Made by a program: the position numbers and the translations under genes
Shown here: positions 26,023-36,002 of the stretch, piece after piece
How the letters are laid out: each line of letters begins with the position of its first letter
Position numbering within the stretch: position 1 is the stretch's first letter
The notes under the pieces: model-generated
Told to the model about the DNA's origin: nothing
What the model saw: the letters and a program-made list of their open reading frames with translations, nothing else
The model's database searches: none
Assembly (NCBI GenBank): GCA_031459385.1
Contig: JAVKIP010000015.1
Coordinates: 13,490-77,489 of the forward strand
DNA length: 64,000 nucleotides
Source of the DNA: Candidatus Fervidifonticultor secundus
GTDB lineage: Bacteria; Sysuimicrobiota; Sysuimicrobiia; Sysuimicrobiales; Humicultoraceae
Reading direction: 5' to 3'

Positions 26023-27914
26023 CGGCCGTAGTAGAGCTCCCGCACCGTCTCGTCACGCTGGATTGCCTCGGGCGGCCCGATCGCCACGATCTCGCCTCCG
26101 GCCATGAAGACCACGCGGTGGGCCAGGTGCATGATCAGGTCCATGTTGTGCTCGATGACCAGCAGGGTGAGGCCCGCGTCGTTGAGGCGACGGAGGTGCT
26201 GGGCGATGGCGTCCACCAGCACGGGGTTCACGCCGGCCGCCGGCTCGTCGAGCAGGACCAGGCGCGGTTTCCGCAGCACGGCCATGGCGATGGACAGCAG
26301 CTTCTGCTGGCCGAAGGACAGCGCGCCGGCCGGGAGATCGCGAAGGGGCCACAGCCCGAACTGCTGCAGCAGCTCGCAGCCGCGCCGTCGGACCTCCGGC
26401 GGGTCGGTGCGGACGGAAGCGGTCCACAGGCCCTCGCCCCGGTGCTCCTGCGCGCACATCAGGTTCTCCCACGCGGAGAGCTCGGGGAAGATGCGCATGG
26501 CCTGGAACGTGCGGGCCAGCCCTGCCCACGCCGCCTGATAGGGCTCGCGGCCGCTCAGGAGCATGCCGTCCAGGTGCACCGCACCGGCGTCGGGCCGGGT
26601 GAACCCCGTGATGCAGTCGAACAGGGTGGACTTGCCGGCGCCGTTGGGGCCGATGAGGCCGCAGATCTCGCCACGATAGACGTCGAACGAGACGTCCCGG
26701 ACAGCCTGGACCCCGCCGAAGCGCTTCGAGAGGTGCGCGACGCGCAGCAAGACCGGCGCTGGGAGCGCGGAGCGTGCGGCGGGGTGTGGGGCCACCGCCC
26801 GTACAGGCGATGACGTGGCGTCCGGAGGTGTCACGGGGGACGGGACGGGCGCGGCGTTCTGGGGCGTCGCTGGAGGCGGGTCGGGGTCAGGGATCGCGGC
26901 CGGCTGCGTGCGGGCTCCAGCGCGGACCAGCCATCCCACCAGCCCGCCGGGCTCGCGGATCGACACCAGCATGACCAGCGCGCCGAACAGGATGAAGTCG
27001 GCCCCGCGTCCGCCGCCGCCCAGCCACGACCGGGTGTACTCGTTGAGCAGCACGATGAAGAACGCGCCGAGCACCGGACCCGTGACGGTGGCGCGGCCGC
27101 CGATCAGCGCCATGACCACGGCCAGGAGCGACAGGCGGCCGGGCATGACGTTGTACGGATCGATGTAGAGCACGTAGAGGGCGTAGATCGTCCCCGCCAG
27201 CGAGGTAAGCGCCGCCGACAGCGCCATGGCGTAGAGTTTGTAGCGGCGCGCGGCCAGGCCGAGCATGGCGGCCGCGTCTTCGTCCTGGTTGATGGCGCGC
27301 AGGTAGACGCCGGCGCGGCGGCGGTCGAGCAACGCCACCAGCAGCGTCGCGCTGCCGAACAGGGCCAGGCTCACCAGGTAGTAGGGCACCTTGCTGTCCC
27401 ACATGAGGTAGCCCGGCCGGTTCCGGTACTCCAGCGGCAGGTAGAAACCCACGGCGGCTCCCACGAACGACCAGTTGAGGAAGAGGATGCGGACGATCTC
27501 GCCGAGCGCCAGCGTCGCCAGCGCGAAGAAGTGCCGGCGGAGCCGGAACGTGGGATAGCCGATGGCCAGCGACACGAGCACGGCGATGCCTGCGCCGGCC
27601 CCCATGCCCAGCCAGGGCGACAGTCCCACTTCCTTCAGCAGCACCGCCGCGGCGTAGGCGCCCAGGCCGAAGAAGACCGCATGCCCGAACGAGATCTGCC
27701 CGGCGTAGCCTCCGATAATGTTCCAGGCCTGGGCGACGGTGCCGAACAGGAAGACGGTGATGAGCGCGTTGAGGAAGAAGGCGTCGCGCACGCCCAGCGG
27801 CACCAGCGCCAGCGCGGCGGCAGCGGCCGCGACGGCCCAGGCGGGGGGGCTGGTCAGGGCGCGCGCGGCCGTGCCTGCGGGGCCAGGGGCCGCAGCGGCA
27901 GGTCCGGCCGTCAT
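26019..27914 (-). CDS. Fused Liv-type ABC permease (LivM) and ATPase (LivG)
   Basis: WNIIGGYAGQISFGH permease half, Pro-rich linker, then KRFGG..A, GPNGAGKST, LSFGQ, LLDEP, IEHNM. Confidence 0.9.
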   Translation of the reverse strand: MTAGPAAAAPGPAGTAARALTSPPAWAVAAAAAALALVPLGVRDAFFLNALITVFLFGTVAQAWNIIGGYAGQISFGHAVFFGLGAYAAAVLLKEVGLSPWLGMGAGAGIAVLVSLAIGYPTFRLRRHFFALATLALGEIVRILFLNWSFVGAAVGFYLPLEYRNRPGYLMWDSKVPYYLVSLALFGSATLLVALLDRRRAGVYLRAINQDEDAAAMLGLAARRYKLYAMALSAALTSLAGTIYALYVLYIDPYNVMPGRLSLLAVVMALIGGRATVTGPVLGAFFIVLLNEYTRSWLGGGGRGADFILFGALVMLVSIREPGGLVGWLVRAGARTQPAAIPDPDPPPATPQNAAPVPSPVTPPDATSSPVRAVAPHPAARSALPAPVLLRVAHLSKRFGGVQAVRDVSFDVYRGEICGLIGPNGAGKSTLFDCITGFTRPDAGAVHLDGMLLSGREPYQAAWAGLARTFQAMRIFPELSAWENLMCAQEHRGEGLWTASVRTDPPEVRRRGCELLQQFGLWPLRDLPAGALSFGQQKLLSIAMAVLRKPRLVLLDEPAAGVNPVLVDAIAQHLRRLNDAGLTLLVIEHNMDLIMHLAHRVVFMAGGEIVAIGPPEAIQRDETVRELYYGR

Positions 27915-28774
27915 GCGGGCTCGCCGATGAGCCCGTGGGGCCGCACCAGCAGGATGAGGACGAAGGCCACGAAGACGAAGAGCAGCTTGAACGACGGCGC
28001 CAGCAGCGTTCCCAGGACGTTCTCCACCAGCCCGATGGTCACGCCGCCGACCAGCGCGCCGTCGACGCGGCCGAACCCACCGAGCACGACGCTGGCGAAC
28101 GCCACCAGCAGGAACGCGTCGCCGATGGTGGGCGAAACCTGAGAGAAGGGGAAGAGCAGCACGCCGGCCAGGGCCACGCTGGCGATGGCGATGCCCCAGG
28201 CCAGCGCGTACATGCGCTCGACGGGGATGCCCAGCGCCAGGGCCACGTCGCGGTTCTGGGCTGCGGCCTGCAGCGCCCGGCCGGTCTTGGTCCGGCGCAG
28301 GAACAGCGCCAGCGCGGCGAAGGCAGCCAGCGCGCCGGCGGCGGCCACCAGCTTGGGTACCGCGATGGGCACGCCCAGCACCGGCACGCTGGGTGGTGCG
28401 GCGGCCTCCAGGAAGCCGCGGACGTCTGGCCCGAAGGCGGCGAATGCGCTGTAGCGCAGGAAGAACAGCAGGCCGAAGGTGGCGAAGATCTGTGTGGCCA
28501 GCGGCGCTCGCAGGATGTGCTGGATGAGCAGCCGGTACGTGAGCCAGCCCGCCAGGAAGAAGGCGGGCACCACGACGGGCACGGCCAGCGCCGGTTCGAT
28601 GCGCCCCAGTGCCCACAGCCAGTACGTGGCGTAGAGCGACAGCATGAGGTACTCGGCGTGGGCGAGGTTGACGACGTCCATCACGCCCCAGATGAACGAC
28701 AGCCCCAGGGCCACCAGGGCATAGACGAGCCCCAGGATCAGGCCGTTGACCGCCGCGTGCAGGAGCAGCGTCAT
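27911..28774 (-). CDS. livH: Branched-chain amino acid-type ABC permease (LivH-like)
   Basis: NGLILGLVYALVALGLS.IWGV..VVN.AH, T.TGRAL.A..QN, VVLGGFG, RP.GL.G. Confidence 0.92.
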   Translation of the reverse strand: MTLLLHAAVNGLILGLVYALVALGLSFIWGVMDVVNLAHAEYLMLSLYATYWLWALGRIEPALAVPVVVPAFFLAGWLTYRLLIQHILRAPLATQIFATFGLLFFLRYSAFAAFGPDVRGFLEAAAPPSVPVLGVPIAVPKLVAAAGALAAFAALALFLRRTKTGRALQAAAQNRDVALALGIPVERMYALAWGIAIASVALAGVLLFPFSQVSPTIGDAFLLVAFASVVLGGFGRVDGALVGGVTIGLVENVLGTLLAPSFKLLFVFVAFVLILLVRPHGLIGEPA

Positions 28775-28844
28775 CGCGGATGCGGTCAGCCGTCCCCGCG
28801 GCGGCGCCGGTGCGCGCGGCCCGGATGGGCGCCCCGGCGGGCCG

Positions 28845-30125
28845 CTAGCGTCGGTCCCACGCCGGCATGGGCCAGACGATGGGCGCTTCCGCGATCTCGA
28901 ACGGCCAGACGACCTTGTACTGGCCGTCGAGAATCTGGGTCATGATGCCGGCCGCGTGCCGGTTCTGCCCGTACTGGTCGAACTCGATGCCCTGCCACGG
29001 CATGATGAGCTGTGCGCCCGGGATCTTCGTCTCGCGCAGCGCGGCCTGGATCGCCGCTGGCGCGGTGCTCCCGGCGCGGTTCAGCGCGTCGGCCAGGGTC
29101 AGCATGCCGGTGAAGGCCCGGGCCACCACCTCGTCCATGTCGGCGGTGTACTTGCGCCGGTAGAGGTCGTTGACGCGGGCCACCAGCGGCTTGCGGGCAG
29201 CGATGCCCAGCGCCCACGGCGCGCGGGCCATGAAGTACCAGCCGTCGCGGCCGGTGGCCTGCAGGAAGTCGGGCACCGTGGTGAAGCCGGCGTGCGCCAT
29301 GAACGCCTGGGGCGCCCAGCGCATCTCCTTGAGCGTGCGGACGATCAGCACGGCATCCACCAGGTAGTTGGCGCCGATGATGACATCGGGGTTGGCCTGG
29401 CGCAGGCGCAGGAACTCGGCGGTCAGGCTGGCCGGCGGCGACGTGTAGAGCTCCTTGGCAACCACATCGTACCTGTAGACCTTGGCGAACCCGTCGGCCA
29501 CACCCGCCGCCGTGGCCCCAAACTCAGTGTCCTCGGCCAGGATCGCCACGCGCGAGATCCGGTGGCCGCGCTTCTTCATGTCCTCCATCAGGTCGAAGAA
29601 CAGCTTGGTGAACGTCGTGTCGTGGGGGCCGGTGCGGAAGAACCACTTGAACCCGCGCTCGGTCAGCCGCGGCGACGACGACTCCGGGTTGAGGAAGGGC
29701 ACCCCGCGGGTCTCGGCAGCCAGGCTGGCGGTGGCCGTGACGGCGCTCTGGTAAGAGCCGATCAGCGCCACCACGCGCTCACGCTCGATGAGCCGCTCGG
29801 CCTCGGCGCGGCCGGTGGCCGGGTCCCCGCGGCTGTCGCCCCAGACCAGCCGGATCTTGCGGCCGCCCAGCCTGGGCAGGCCTGCCGTCTGGGCCAGCGG
29901 GAGCGCGAGGTCGGGATAGGCAGTGTTGACGATGTCGACGGCCAGCTCGATGCCGTTGCGGATCCCGGCGCCGATGCGGGCCAGCGCCCCGGAGAGCGGG
30001 TAGACAGCGCCGACCGGTACCGTGGCATCCTGTGCGGCCAGCGCGGCGGCCAGTCGGTCGCCGGCAGCCAGCGTGCCGAGCCCAGCGCCTGCGTACGTCA
30101 GGAACTTCCGTCTGGTGATCCTCAT
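28845..30125 (-). CDS. Liv-type ABC substrate-binding protein with Tat signal
   Basis: TRRKFL Tat motif, G...PLSG..A, LIGSYQS, WFFRTGP.D. Confidence 0.92.
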   Translation of the reverse strand: MRITRRKFLTYAGAGLGTLAAGDRLAAALAAQDATVPVGAVYPLSGALARIGAGIRNGIELAVDIVNTAYPDLALPLAQTAGLPRLGGRKIRLVWGDSRGDPATGRAEAERLIERERVVALIGSYQSAVTATASLAAETRGVPFLNPESSSPRLTERGFKWFFRTGPHDTTFTKLFFDLMEDMKKRGHRISRVAILAEDTEFGATAAGVADGFAKVYRYDVVAKELYTSPPASLTAEFLRLRQANPDVIIGANYLVDAVLIVRTLKEMRWAPQAFMAHAGFTTVPDFLQATGRDGWYFMARAPWALGIAARKPLVARVNDLYRRKYTADMDEVVARAFTGMLTLADALNRAGSTAPAAIQAALRETKIPGAQLIMPWQGIEFDQYGQNRHAAGIMTQILDGQYKVVWPFEIAEAPIVWPMPAWDRR

Positions 30126-30145
30126 GCTCAGCCCTCCTGCGTGTC

Positions 30146-30952
30146 TCAGGTGCCCGGGACGAGCGCCATCCCCGGCGCCACGCCTGCGATACGGTCCGCG
30201 GTCAGGTCGGTGAGAAACATGTGGCCCGGCGCGTGCGTGATGGCCAGCGGCAGGCGCGCGTGCCGGAGCGCCACCTGCGGGGTGACGCCGCAGGCCCAGA
30301 AGACCGGCACTTCGCCGGGCTCCACTGGGATGGGGTCGCCGAAGTCGGGCCGCGTCAGGTCAGCGATCCCGATGGCGGTCGGATCGCCGGCGTGGACCGG
30401 CGCGCCGTGCGCCAGCGGGTAGCGCGCCGTGATCGCCTCGACCCGCGGTACGTCGGCGGCCGCGAACGGCCGCATGCTGACCACCATGGGGCCGGCGAAG
30501 GGTCCGGCCGGCGCGCAGGGCCGGGTAGTGATGTACATGGCGACGTTGCGCCCCAGGTCCAGGTGGCGGAGGCGGAGGCCGGCGTGCTGCAGCGCCTCCT
30601 CGAAGGTGAACGAGCAGCCCAGCAGGAAGGCCACGAGGTCGTCGCGCCAGAGCCCGCGCAGGTCGTCGCACTCCTCGACCGGACGGCCCTCCCGGAAGAT
30701 ACGGTAGCGCGGCAGGTCGGTGCGCAGGTCAGCCCCTGGCGCGATGCGGCGTGGTTCGGGGTCGCCCGGCGCGGTGACCTCGAGCAGCGGGCACGGTTGG
30801 GGGTTGCGCTCGCAGAAGCGCCGGAACTCCTCCGCCGCCGCAGCCGGGACGATGACCAGGTTGGCCTGGACGTAGCCGAGTGCCAGGCCGGCCGTAGGCC
30901 GGCGCCAGCGCCCGGCCCGGATCTCCTGTCGCCACTCGGCCGCGGTGCGCAT
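30146..30952 (-). CDS. DUF1445 putative hydro-lyase (YcsI / D-glutamate cyclase-like)
   Basis: PTAGLA.GYVQANL, FC.RNP.PCPLL, DLRTDLPRY, GCSFTFE, VVSMRP, FWACGVTPQ, THAPGHM. Confidence 0.9.
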   Translation of the reverse strand: MRTAAEWRQEIRAGRWRRPTAGLALGYVQANLVIVPAAAAEEFRRFCERNPQPCPLLEVTAPGDPEPRRIAPGADLRTDLPRYRIFREGRPVEECDDLRGLWRDDLVAFLLGCSFTFEEALQHAGLRLRHLDLGRNVAMYITTRPCAPAGPFAGPMVVSMRPFAAADVPRVEAITARYPLAHGAPVHAGDPTAIGIADLTRPDFGDPIPVEPGEVPVFWACGVTPQVALRHARLPLAITHAPGHMFLTDLTADRIAGVAPGMALVPGT

Positions 30953-30999
30953 GGGCGGGCATCCCGCGGGGAGCGTCCCCGCGCGCGTCTTCCCCCCTT

Positions 31000-31551
31000 C
31001 TACATTCCGTGGCTGCCGTGGGGTTCCTCCGGCCCGGGGAGTCCGGCGGCGCCGGGGGGTGGCGCCGGGAACAGGTCGCGCCGGGGCGCGGCGTGCCGCT
31101 TCCACACCATCACTGTGCGCGTGTACTCGATGACGACGACGCCGTTCTGGTTGACGCCGCGGGTGCGGACCTTGACGATGCCCCACTGGGGCCGGGACCG
31201 CGACGCGCGCTTCTCGAGCACCTCGGTCTCGGCATAGAGCGTGTCGCCGGCGTAGACCGGGTGGGGCAGTCGGATCTCCTCCCAGCCCAGGGCGAAGCCG
31301 TTCTGGCTGACATCATCGGCGCTGAGCCCGACCACCAGGCCCAAGGTGAAGATGCTGTTGACGAGAGGCCGGCCGAACTGGGTGCGCCGGGCGTACTCGG
31401 TGTTGAAGTGGATCTGGTTGGGGTTGGCGGTGAGCAGCGAGAACCAGATGTTGTCGGTCTCGGTGATCGTCCGGCCGAGGCGGCTGCGGTAGACGTCGCC
31501 CACCTCGAAGTCCTCGTAGAATCTGCCCTCCCATCCGGGCTTGAGCGCCAT
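31000..31551 (-). CDS. MaoC family dehydratase
   Basis: GRFYEDF.VGD, GRTITETDN..F..LT.N.N.IH, PVYAGDTL, NQ.G. GGAGG RBS. Confidence 0.92.
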   Translation of the reverse strand: MALKPGWEGRFYEDFEVGDVYRSRLGRTITETDNIWFSLLTANPNQIHFNTEYARRTQFGRPLVNSIFTLGLVVGLSADDVSQNGFALGWEEIRLPHPVYAGDTLYAETEVLEKRASRSRPQWGIVKVRTRGVNQNGVVVIEYTRTVMVWKRHAAPRRDLFPAPPPGAAGLPGPEEPHGSHGM

Positions 31552-31630
31552 GGGTCCTCCTCTCCCCGACGCCGGCACGGCCCGCCGCGTGGGCCCGGCC
31601 CCCGGTAGCGGCGGGCAGTCGCGCGGGCGC

Positions 31631-32788
31631 TCAGTACGACTTCGGCAGGTCCAGGACGCGGTGCCCCAGGTAGGCCAGCACCAGGTTGTTGCTCACGGGG
31701 GCCTCCTTGAGCAGGCGCGTCTCGCGGAATTTGCGCTCGACGTCGTAGTCCACCGCGAAGCCGTAGCCGCCGTGGGTCGTCAGGCAGACGTTGGCCGCCT
31801 CCCAGGCGGCTTCCGAGGCCAGGTACTTGGCCATGTTGGCCTGCGGGCCGCACGGCTCGCCGGCATCGAAGCGCCGGGCGGCGTCGTGGCGGACGAGGTC
31901 GGCCGCCTCCACCCGCGCGTATGCGGCAGCAATGGGGAACTGGATGCCCTGGTTGGCGCCGATGGGCCGGCCGAAGACTACCCGCTGGCGCGCGTAGCGG
32001 ACGGCCCGGTCGATGAACCAGCGCCCGTCGCCGATCGCTTCGGCCGCCAGCAGGATGCGCTCGGCGTTCCAGCCGTCGATAATGTGGCGGAACCCCTGCC
32101 CTTCCTGCCCGACCAGGTTCTCGGCCGGTACCTCCAGGCCGTCGAAGAAGACGTGGTTCGTCTGGTGGTTCAGCATGGTCTCGATGGGTTCCACGCGCAG
32201 GCGGTCGCCTGCCGTGCGCAGGTCCACCAGAAAGAGCGAGAGCCCCAGGGTCTTGTCGGCCACCGCCTCGTAGGGTGTCGTGCGGGCCAGCAGCAGCATC
32301 AGGTCCGACTGGCGGATCCGCGAGGTGAAGATCTTCTGCCCGGTGACCACGTAGCGGTCGCCGCGGCGGACGGCCATGGTGCTGACGCGCGTGGTATCCG
32401 AGCCAGCGTCGGGCTCGGTGACGGCGAAGGCCTGCAGCCGCAGCTCGCCCGCGGCGATAGCGGGGAGGTAGCGGGCCTTCTGCGCGGGCGTGCCGTGACG
32501 CAGCAGCGCACCCATGGTGTACATCTGCGCGTGGCAGGCGGCGGCGTTCCCGCCGCTGCGGTGGATCTCCTCGAGGATGATGCTGGCTTCGGTGACGCCC
32601 AGACCGGGTCCGCCGTACTCTTCGGGGACCAGTGCGGCCAGGTAGCCGTGGGCCGTCAGGGCCCGGACGAACGCCTCAGGGTACTCGCGGGCACGGTCCA
32701 CCCCGCGCCAGTACTCGTCGGGGAACCGGCGACAGAGGTCGCGGATGGCATCGCGCAGCAGTGCGTGCGCCTCTGGCACTGACGCCAT
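31631..32788 (-). CDS. Acyl-CoA dehydrogenase family protein
   Basis: PEEYGG.G, F.VTEPDAGSD, GQKIFTS, N.ER, R.VFGRPIGANQ, HGGYG, ERKFRE. Confidence 0.95.
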   Translation of the reverse strand: MASVPEAHALLRDAIRDLCRRFPDEYWRGVDRAREYPEAFVRALTAHGYLAALVPEEYGGPGLGVTEASIILEEIHRSGGNAAACHAQMYTMGALLRHGTPAQKARYLPAIAAGELRLQAFAVTEPDAGSDTTRVSTMAVRRGDRYVVTGQKIFTSRIRQSDLMLLLARTTPYEAVADKTLGLSLFLVDLRTAGDRLRVEPIETMLNHQTNHVFFDGLEVPAENLVGQEGQGFRHIIDGWNAERILLAAEAIGDGRWFIDRAVRYARQRVVFGRPIGANQGIQFPIAAAYARVEAADLVRHDAARRFDAGEPCGPQANMAKYLASEAAWEAANVCLTTHGGYGFAVDYDVERKFRETRLLKEAPVSNNLVLAYLGHRVLDLPKSY

Positions 32789-32834
32789 CGGTCTTCCCCC
32801 CCGGGTTCCTGTTCGCCGCGGCTCCCGCGGCGGC

Positions 32835-34220
32835 CTACCGCAGGAAGAAACCTTCGCGCAGCGGGTCGGCCGGGTCGAGCACGAACTCGGCCCGGCCAGT
32901 CAGGGCGGCGCTGCCCTCGATCTCGGGCACCACGGCCGGGTACGGCCCCACGGTCGTGCTGCCCACGATGCGCCCGACGAAGCGGGTGCCGATCAGGCTC
33001 TCCACCACCAGCGCTTCCCCGGGCGCGAGACGGCTGCGGGCGTGTTCCAGTGCCAGGCGGCCGCTGACGCCCGTGCCCGTCGGCGACCGGTCCACCTGGG
33101 TCTGCGCGAAGACACAGACGTGACGGCTGTGGGCGCCGGGCGCGTGGGGCGCACCGGTCAGGATCGTGCCGTACAGGAACCCGAGGTCCGCATCGTCCGG
33201 GTGGCGGACCGGGCCGGCGGCGGCTACCGCGCGGGTGATGGCCGCGCCGATCTCGATGAGCCGCCGGTATTCCCCGGGCACCAGGTGCAGGCCCAGCGGC
33301 GCCGCCTCGCAGTACGCGTAGAAGGCGCCACCGAACGCGATGTCGTAGCGTACCGTTCCCAGGCCGGGGACCTCCACCGTCTGGTCGAGCGCGGTTACGA
33401 ACGACGGCACGTTCTCGAACGTGACGCTGCGCACGCGGCCGTCCTTGACGCGGGCGCGGGCGAGGACGCGCCCGGCGGGCGTGTCCAGTCGGAGCGAGAC
33501 CTCGCCGGCTGCCGCCGGGATGGCCCCCGTCTCCACGAGCACCGTCGCCAGCGCGATCACGCCGTGGCCGCACATCGTCGACCAGCCCTCAGTGTGCAGG
33601 AACAGCACCCCGAGGTCGCCGTCGGGGGTGACGGGATCGGTGAGCACGGCACCGTACATATCGGCGTGGCCGCGGGGCTCGAAGACCAGCGCCCGCCGGA
33701 GGTGGTCGAGGTGCGCGGCCGCGTACCGGCGCTTGGCGGCCATCGTCGAGCCCGGCACGGGCGGGCATCCCCCGGTCACCACGCGCAGGGGTTCGCCCGC
33801 GGCGTGGGCGTCCACGACGGTCAGGACCGGGCGGTCGCCGGGCGGCCGCCACCGGCGCAGGGCGGCCAGGATCGCCTCCGGGATCGCCGCGCCAGGCGCA
33901 TCGTCCGGGCCGGGTCCTCCACCCGGCGCGGCCAGTTCGGCCAGCAGGACGTCGGCGTAGAAGGGCGGCCAGTCGGCCTGCGGCGCCTGGCGCCGGTGGG
34001 CCCGCTCGGCCGCCGCCAGCGCGCAGGTGAGCGCGCTGCGGGTCACGGGGCGCCCCAGCAGCGCGCTCACGGGCCCCTGGAGGTAGTCGGCGTACCACAG
34101 CGGCCAGTCCGGGTCCTCGCCGCCCGTGGCGGCGAACGCCCGGTGGTGGGCGGCCGCGGCCTCCCGCAGCAGGGCCGCGAGGCGCGTGGCCAGGGACGCG
34201 GGCGGGCCGTCGGGCGTCAC
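32835..34220 (-). CDS. Proline racemase family protein (Cys/Thr pair, trans-3-hydroxy-L-proline dehydratase-like) with an extra N-terminal domain
   Basis: DAHAAGEPLRVV, EPRGHADMYG, STMCGHG, DIAFGGAFY, DRSPTGTG. GTG start overlapping the ugpE stop (GTGA). Confidence 0.88.
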   Translation of the reverse strand: MTPDGPPASLATRLAALLREAAAAHHRAFAATGGEDPDWPLWYADYLQGPVSALLGRPVTRSALTCALAAAERAHRRQAPQADWPPFYADVLLAELAAPGGGPGPDDAPGAAIPEAILAALRRWRPPGDRPVLTVVDAHAAGEPLRVVTGGCPPVPGSTMAAKRRYAAAHLDHLRRALVFEPRGHADMYGAVLTDPVTPDGDLGVLFLHTEGWSTMCGHGVIALATVLVETGAIPAAAGEVSLRLDTPAGRVLARARVKDGRVRSVTFENVPSFVTALDQTVEVPGLGTVRYDIAFGGAFYAYCEAAPLGLHLVPGEYRRLIEIGAAITRAVAAAGPVRHPDDADLGFLYGTILTGAPHAPGAHSRHVCVFAQTQVDRSPTGTGVSGRLALEHARSRLAPGEALVVESLIGTRFVGRIVGSTTVGPYPAVVPEIEGSAALTGRAEFVLDPADPLREGFFLR

Positions 34221-35068
34221 TTCTCGGTTTCCGTGAGGCCCTTGACGAACCACCGCTGCATCAGGATCACGACGACCACAGGTGGCAGCATGGCCATGAT
34301 GGTGGTGGCCATGATGATGGGCCAGTCCACCAGGGCCTCGCCCGTGCCGATCATCCGCGTGATGCCGATCACGACGGTCGTCATCTCCTGGCTGGTCGTG
34401 ATGAGCAGCGGCCACAGGTACTGGTTCCACCCGTAGATGAACAGGATGACGAACAGCGCCGCCACGGTCGTCGACGAAAGCGGCAGGAGGATGCTCCAGA
34501 AGAAGCGCATGGGGCCCGCGCCGTCGACCTTGGCGGCGTCCACCAGCTCGTCGGGAACCGTCAGGAAGAACTGCCGGAAGATCAGCGTGGCCGTGGCCGA
34601 CGCGATGAGCGGAATCGTGAGGCCGGCGAAGGTGTCGATCATGCCCAGGTCCGCCACTACCTTGTAGGTGGGGATGATGCGCACCTCCACGGGGAGCATC
34701 AGCGTCACGAAGATCATCCAGAAGAAGAACATGCGCAACGGAAACTCGAAGAAGACCACCGCGAACGCCGAGAGAAGGGAGATGGCGATCTTGCCGGTGG
34801 GGATCGCCAGGGCCATGATGAGGCTGTTGCGCATCATCTGGCGCACCGGCGCACCGCGGATGCGCTCGCCGCTGCCGGTAGTGAACGCCTGGGCGTAGTT
34901 CTTCGCCCCGAACGGTCCGGGACGCAGTCCCATCTCGCCGCGGGCTACGGTCCCCAGGTCGTGCGTGGAGCCCACCAGGGCCACGTAGACCGGGAAGGCG
35001 AAGACCGCCACACCCGTCAGGAGGATCAGGTGGGCCTGCCAGTGGCGCAGCCGGCGGCGCAGGGCCAT
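34217..35068 (-). CDS. ugpE: sn-glycerol-3-phosphate ABC permease UgpE
   Basis: GKIAISLLSAFA, TLMLPVEVRI.PT, GLT.PLIASATAT, EL.DAA..DGAGP, QRWFVKGL.E.EK. Confidence 0.93.
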   Translation of the reverse strand: MALRRRLRHWQAHLILLTGVAVFAFPVYVALVGSTHDLGTVARGEMGLRPGPFGAKNYAQAFTTGSGERIRGAPVRQMMRNSLIMALAIPTGKIAISLLSAFAVVFFEFPLRMFFFWMIFVTLMLPVEVRIIPTYKVVADLGMIDTFAGLTIPLIASATATLIFRQFFLTVPDELVDAAKVDGAGPMRFFWSILLPLSSTTVAALFVILFIYGWNQYLWPLLITTSQEMTTVVIGITRMIGTGEALVDWPIIMATTIMAMLPPVVVVILMQRWFVKGLTETEK

Positions 35069-35949
35069 CAGTAGGCGACTCTCCGCTCGATGTAGCGGAA
35101 CTGCAACGCCGTCAGGAGGATGACCACCGCCAGCAGGATCACCGACTGCGCCGACGAGCCACCCAGGTCGAGGTTGATCACGCCGTCCACGTAGACCTTG
35201 TAGATCAGCGTCTCGGTGGCCTTGCCGGGGCCGCCGCGGGTCAGGGCGTGGATGATGCCGAAGGTGTCGAAGAACGCGTAGATGACGTTCACCACCAGCA
35301 GGAAGAACGTGGTGGGCGAGAGCAGCGGGAAGACCACGCGCCAGAAGCGCTGGCGCGAGGTGGCGCCGTCCACGGCGGCGGCTTCCAGCACCGAGCGCGG
35401 GATGGACTGCAGCCCGGCCAGGAAGAAGATGAAGTTGTAGGCCACGCGGTTCCAGGCGGCGGCCAGGATCACCAGCAGCAGCGCGTGGCTGCCGTTGAGC
35501 GTGTAGTCCCACGGGATCCCCTGTCGGACCAGGGCGCGGCCCACGATGCCGATGGTCGGGTGGAAGATGAACAGCCACAGCGAGGCCGACACCGCCGGGG
35601 CGATGGCGTAGGGCCAGATCAGCAGCGTCTTGTAGACCGACGCCCCCCGGATCTCCTTGTCGGCAGTGGCGGCCAGCACCAGGCCGGCAGCCATCGCCAG
35701 GGCGACGACCGCCCCCGAGAAGAGGAACGTCACCCGCAGGGTCTGCAGGTAGAACGGATCGGTGAGCACGGTCGTGAAGTTCTCGAACCACACGAACGTC
35801 GTGCTCAGGCCGAAGGGATCCTGCCGGATCAAGGACTGCACCACGGCCTGCCCGGCAGGCCAGAAGAAGAAGACCACGGTGACGACCAGCTGCGGGGCCA
35901 GCAGGACGTAGGGCAGCACCTTGTTGGGGAAGATCGTGCGCCGGCGCAT
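35068..35949 (-). CDS. ugpA: sn-glycerol-3-phosphate ABC permease UgpA
   Basis: [48 protein letters not shown]. Confidence 0.94.
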   Translation of the reverse strand: MRRRTIFPNKVLPYVLLAPQLVVTVVFFFWPAGQAVVQSLIRQDPFGLSTTFVWFENFTTVLTDPFYLQTLRVTFLFSGAVVALAMAAGLVLAATADKEIRGASVYKTLLIWPYAIAPAVSASLWLFIFHPTIGIVGRALVRQGIPWDYTLNGSHALLLVILAAAWNRVAYNFIFFLAGLQSIPRSVLEAAAVDGATSRQRFWRVVFPLLSPTTFFLLVVNVIYAFFDTFGIIHALTRGGPGKATETLIYKVYVDGVINLDLGGSSAQSVILLAVVILLTALQFRYIERRVAY

Positions 35950-36002
35950 CGGCTATGAGGGCACGTTCGCCGCCGGCGCCGACGACTCCCGCGCGCCGGC
36001 GG

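Noticed and set aside
26019..27914. LivM-LivG fusion as a novelty
   Set aside because: Permease-ATPase fusions are common in Liv-type systems.
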